64,000 bases of DNA from Raja brachyura (Eukaryota). Position numbers and translations under genes: made by a program. Below the pieces are notes generated by a model. It was not told where the DNA came from and made no database searches. It worked only from the letters and a program-made list of their open reading frames with translations. This document shows positions 61,889 to 64,000 of the stretch, one piece after another. The stretch's first letter is position 1. Every line of letters starts with the position of its first letter. The DNA is taken from the NCBI GenBank assembly GCA_963514005.1, contig OY740801.1, positions 23,684,001 to 23,748,000 of the forward strand. Reading direction: 5' to 3'.

Positions 61889-63143
61889 GTTAGTTCTTGG
61901 AATGCCTGTGGAATCGCACAAAGGCGCTGGAATGTCAAATGTTGCTGCAAGTTTTGCCACCACTGACAAAGGGAATGCTTAAGCATGTCATAGTGTTTAG
62001 TCAATGCAATATTGTAGTGTGTTCTGTTTAGTGGCTGTGAATCCTCCATGGAAAGTGATATCTGAGAAAAATGATTCACGTACACTTCCTCTGAAACAAG
62101 GAAGAAGATGCATCTCCTCTGAAGAATGTGCAGTGTTTGACTGGGGATGGTGTGTGACCAGCACAAACAGGTTGCTTTTCAAGATTATGATGTTGGTTAT
62201 CAGGAAAAGACAGAACTTCATTGTTAGCCAAGTGATAACACAATGTTTAAACATAATATGATTGGCCAGAGTGGTATTATTTGAGGAAGAGAAATGTAAC
62301 TGCTAGAGGAGTTAAGAGAGAACCAGAGGATGTAGTGTATTTGGATATTCACCAACTAGTTACTACACGAGGATTCATGGGGTTGCGGGCAATATTAGAG
62401 TAGATAGGTGATAGTTTAGCATAGAACGTGAGAACGGGTCCTTTGGCCCACAATGTCCATGGCAAACATGATGCCAGGTGAAACATCTTCTCTGCCTGCA
62501 CGTGATCCATACCCATGTGCATATGTAAAAGGCTCATAAATGCCACGAGCGAATCTGTCTCCACCACCACTGGAACTATGTTCCAGGTCCCCACCCCCGT
62601 GTTAAAACTAAAAATAAATTAAAAATCCCACGCATTTCCTTTAAATTTTGCCCCTCTCACCTTAAAACTGCGACTTATCCGTCCTGGGGGAAAAAAGGTT
62701 CCGACTGCCCCTATCTGTGCATCTCATCATTTTATATACTTCTATCAAGTGCAAATTTATCCAACCACTCATAATAATTAATTCCCTCTAATCCAGGCAA
62801 CACTCTGTTAAACCTCCTCTTCACCCTCTCCAAAGCCTCCACACCAATCCTGTTTTGTGGTGCCCGGAACTGGACCAAATATTCCAAAATGTGGCCCAAC
62901 TAAAGTCATAATGCTGCATTGTGGCTTCCTCACTCATATACGCAGTGCCCTGACCAATGAAGGCAAGCATACCATACGCCTTGTTTACCACTCTGTCTAC
63001 GTGTGTGGCGACTTTCAGGGCAACAGGTTAACTGAAAGCATGATAACTGGGCCTTTGTCAGGTTGGCAAACCTTACTCAGTGGTGTGCCAAGGGGATCCG
63101 TTCTGGGGGCTTGGCATTTATTCTTGATAGTAATGATCCAGGT

Positions 63144-63210
63144 CAGGGGTCTCCAAACTATGCCCTGTGGGCCACATCCGGCCCGCCATGAGATGTTATC
63201 CGGCCAGCAG
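63144..63210 (+). mobile_element. hAT (Charlie-like) DNA transposon left terminus
   Basis: CAGGGGTCTCCAAACT...GGGCCACATCCGGCCCG terminal motif. Confidence 0.55.
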
Positions 63211-63834
63211 CAAGCTCTGAACACGTTCCGTGCAGCGGGTTTTGTGGTAGCGCAGCTTTAGCGATACAGTGCGGAAACTGGCCCTTCGGCCCTTCGAAGC
63301 GATGCCCGTACGCACAGCTCTGTCCTACACACACTCGGGACAAATTCAATTAACCTGCAAATATGGTGTGTGGGAGAAAACCAGAGCACCCGGAGAAAAC
63401 CCACGCAGGTACAAACCCCATACAGACAACCCGTAGTCTGGATGGAACCTGGGGCTCTGGCGCTGTGAGGCAGGGACTCTTCCGCTGCGCCACAGCGCCA
63501 CTGCTCCTGTGTTGCAAAGGCAAGTTGTGTGGGATGGTTGTGTTGGGTGGGAGTGGAGCGAAGGGTAGGGGATGGAGGGGGGGAAACTAGTTGCGGCAGG
63601 GTCGGCCTGGGTCGATGTGTAACGGTCTCCCCCCATGAGGGTGACCCGTGAACAGCTCCCGCTCCGAGGCGTCACACTGACCTGGACCTTTTGACCGGGG
63701 CTCCGCCGACGAGGCCAGGGGAATCGTCCCCTGCACTTTCTCTCGCTCTCTCTGGCTCTGTGTGTGTGTGTGCCCGTTAGGTGAGCATTATTTGTGCGTG
63801 GGTCTTTGTTAATATGCCTGAGGGGGGTCACAGT

Positions 63835-64000
63835 GCGTGGAGAGAGAGAGAGATAGCGTGTGAGAGAGCGTGTGTGTGAGAGACTGTGTATGTGTGTGTG
63901 AGAGAGACTGTCTGTGACTGACTCAGATTCTGTGTCTGTGACTGTGTGTGTGTCTGTGACTGTGTGTGTGTCTGTGACTGTGTGTGTGTCTGTGACTGTG
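63835..64000. repeat. (GA)n/(GT)n microsatellite grading into a 16-bp tandem repeat (gtgtgtgtctgtgact)n
   Basis: Directly visible; continues to the window edge. Confidence 0.92.

Noticed and set aside
61889-64000. XPO6 terminal exon (DLPSFTQ...)
   Set aside because: No matching peptide seen; presumably downstream of the window.
63930-64000. CRISPR-like array
   Set aside because: Simple tandem repeat without unique spacers, in vertebrate DNA.

Overview
Eukaryotic genomic DNA, most likely from a cartilaginous fish (skate/ray/shark, inferred from its HE1/V-SINE-like and CR1 repeats). The window lies inside the exportin-6 (XPO6) gene on the + strand. 22 internal coding exons (human-equivalent exons 2-23, 14906-61888) have GT-AG boundaries and join into one open frame of 3273 nt. 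The ATG exon and the last exon were not found in the window. Introns are dense with TEs: CR1, Rex1/L2-like, RTE-X-like and HERO-like LINE remnants, tRNA-derived SINEs, a MITE and a hAT end. The most notable signal is a Penelope-like element (PLE) system. One RT/endonuclease remnant (52263-53211) shares its 3' end with more than a dozen short, often hairpin-shaped inserts. Most of these carry a minimal hammerhead-ribozyme motif (CTGAnGA-stemII-GAAAC-GTC), intact or decayed, and five have perfect target-site duplications of exactly 14 bp. Family names and human comparisons come from motif recognition and memory, not database searches; TE boundaries are approximate.
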